Source: Candidatus Micrarchaeota archaeon | GTDB lineage: Archaea > Micrarchaeota > Micrarchaeia > Anstonellales > Anstonellaceae | Assembly (NCBI GenBank): GCA_964581105.1 | Contig: CAZOMB010000002.1 | Coordinates: 4,015 to 68,014, forward strand | Reading direction: 5' to 3' | Length of the DNA: 64,000 bases | Shown here: in pieces, positions 63,028 to 64,000 of the stretch | Layout: each line of letters begins with the position of its first letter | How positions within the stretch are numbered: the first letter of the stretch is position 1 | Translations under genes and position numbers: made by a program | Notes under the pieces: generated by a model | Databases searched by the model: none | The model's input: only the letters and a program-made list of their open reading frames with translations | Told to the model about the DNA's origin: nothing

Positions 63028-64000
63028 ATGCTCTGCGGCATTGAGATACACCAGCGAATCGCAGGCAAGAAGCTTTTTTGCAACTGCGTTTCAGAGGCGC
63101 AGCCAAAAAAGGTCAAAAACTTCACAAGAAAGCTTCATGCAGTGCGCTCAGAGCTTGGCGAAATCGACTCTGCAGTCAGGCTTGAGCAGGCCCGCTCAAG
63201 GGAATTTTATTATGATGCGCCTGTGGAATCAACCTGCCTTGTTGAGGCTGATGATGAGCCACCTCATAATCTTAACCCTGAGGCTTTAGATGCAGTGCTC
63301 ATGTTTTGCGAGCTTTTTTCATCAAAAACAGTTGATGAAGTCCATATAATGCGCAAAAATGTGATAGACGGCAGCAATACTTCTGGCTTTCAGAGGACTG
63401 CAGTGGTTGGCATTGGAGGCAGGCTGAAAACCAAGGCAAGTGAACACAAAATACAGGCAATCTGCATAGAAGAGGAAAGTGCAGGCATAATTTCTGGAAA
63501 GCAAGGTATTGCCCACTATGACCTTGCAAGGCTGGGAATACCTCTTGTTGAAATAGCAACAGCCCCGACCCTTAAAAGCGGAAAACAGGCGCAAGAGGCC
63601 GCACTTGCAATAGGCTCTCTTTTGCGCCGGACAGGAAAAGTGCAGCGCGGCATTGGCACAATAAGGCAAGACATCAACGTATCAATACCCCAAGGCGCGC
63701 GCGTTGAGATAAAAGGTGTGCAAGAGCTTTCAATGGTTGAAAAAACAGTTGACTTGGAAATACAAAGGCAAAAAGAACTTGCAAAAATAGCAGACCAAAC
63801 AAAAAAAATCCTCAAAGGCAGGAAAATAGGGGAAAAATTCTTTAACCTGACAAACATATTCTCAGGAACAAAATCAAAATTCATGCTAAAGCTCCTTTCT
63901 TCAGGGCAGGGGGTTTATGGAATTTTGCTTCCAGGTTTTTCAGGCCTTCTTGGCAGGCAAATCTCGCCAGGAAAAAGGTTTGGATCAGAGCTGGCAGACT
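63028..64000 (+). CDS. gatE: Glu-tRNA(Gln) amidotransferase subunit E (3' truncated; absent from ORF track)
   Basis: MLCGIEIHQRI.GKKLFCNC, SELGEID..V, MRKNVIDGSNTSGFQRT, CIEEES, RLGIPLVEIAT, RGIGTIRQDINVSI. Confidence 0.95.
   Translation, partial: MLCGIEIHQRIAGKKLFCNCVSEAQPKKVKNFTRKLHAVRSELGEIDSAVRLEQARSREFYYDAPVESTCLVEADDEPPHNLNPEALDAVLMFCELFSSKTVDEVHIMRKNVIDGSNTSGFQRTAVVGIGGRLKTKASEHKIQAICIEEESAGIISGKQGIAHYDLARLGIPLVEIATAPTLKSGKQAQEAALAIGSLLRRTGKVQRGIGTIRQDINVSIPQGARVEIKGVQELSMVEKTVDLEIQRQKELAKIADQTKKILKGRKIGEKFFNLTNIFSGTKSKFMLKLLSSGQGVYGILLPGFSGLLGRQISPGKRFGSELAD

Noticed and set aside
1-64000. rRNA, SRP RNA, RNase P RNA, IS elements, recoding or frameshifted pseudogenes
   Set aside because: No intergenic gap is large or GC-structured enough, no transposase motifs were seen, and all recognised genes appear intact in single frames

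Overview
A gene-dense 64-kb chromosomal segment of an archaeon, most likely DPANN phylum Ca. Micrarchaeota. The assignment is inferred from a three-unit epsilon-type tRNA splicing endonuclease, intron-rich tRNAs, many class III signal-peptide pilin-like genes, GatDE, TFE, aTrm56 and Tyw1. It holds about 83 CDSs (two cut by the window edges) and 3 tRNAs: Leu-CAA with two introns, Lys-CTT with one, and initiator Met. Functions cover translation and tRNA modification, replication (Cdc6, RFC-L, TopA, an RPA-like OB-fold), division (SepF, two PRC-barrels), nucleotide, lipid and sugar metabolism (GuaAB, PyrB, Prs, Tmk, GGGPS, GGPPS, FBA, FBPase, H+-PPase), surface proteins and several orphans. No CRISPR array, transposase or integrase was found. 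Most notable: (1) a ~185-bp symmetric non-coding element at 54761-54945, where strand-specific codon bias flips, a candidate replication origin or terminus far from cdc6; (2) a 72-bp tandem repeat copying the tRNA-Leu leader and first 13 nt into hairpins; (3) a second, catalytically degenerate EndA-like gene; (4) a lycopene-cyclase-domain gene pair at the end of the GGGPS gene run; (5) dispersed VirB2-, VirB6- and VirB4/HerA-like genes; (6) a four-finger LIM-like zinc protein. All product calls come from motif recognition by eye; no database search was run. Many starts were moved from the ORF track to the start supported by an RBS, TATA box or homology.
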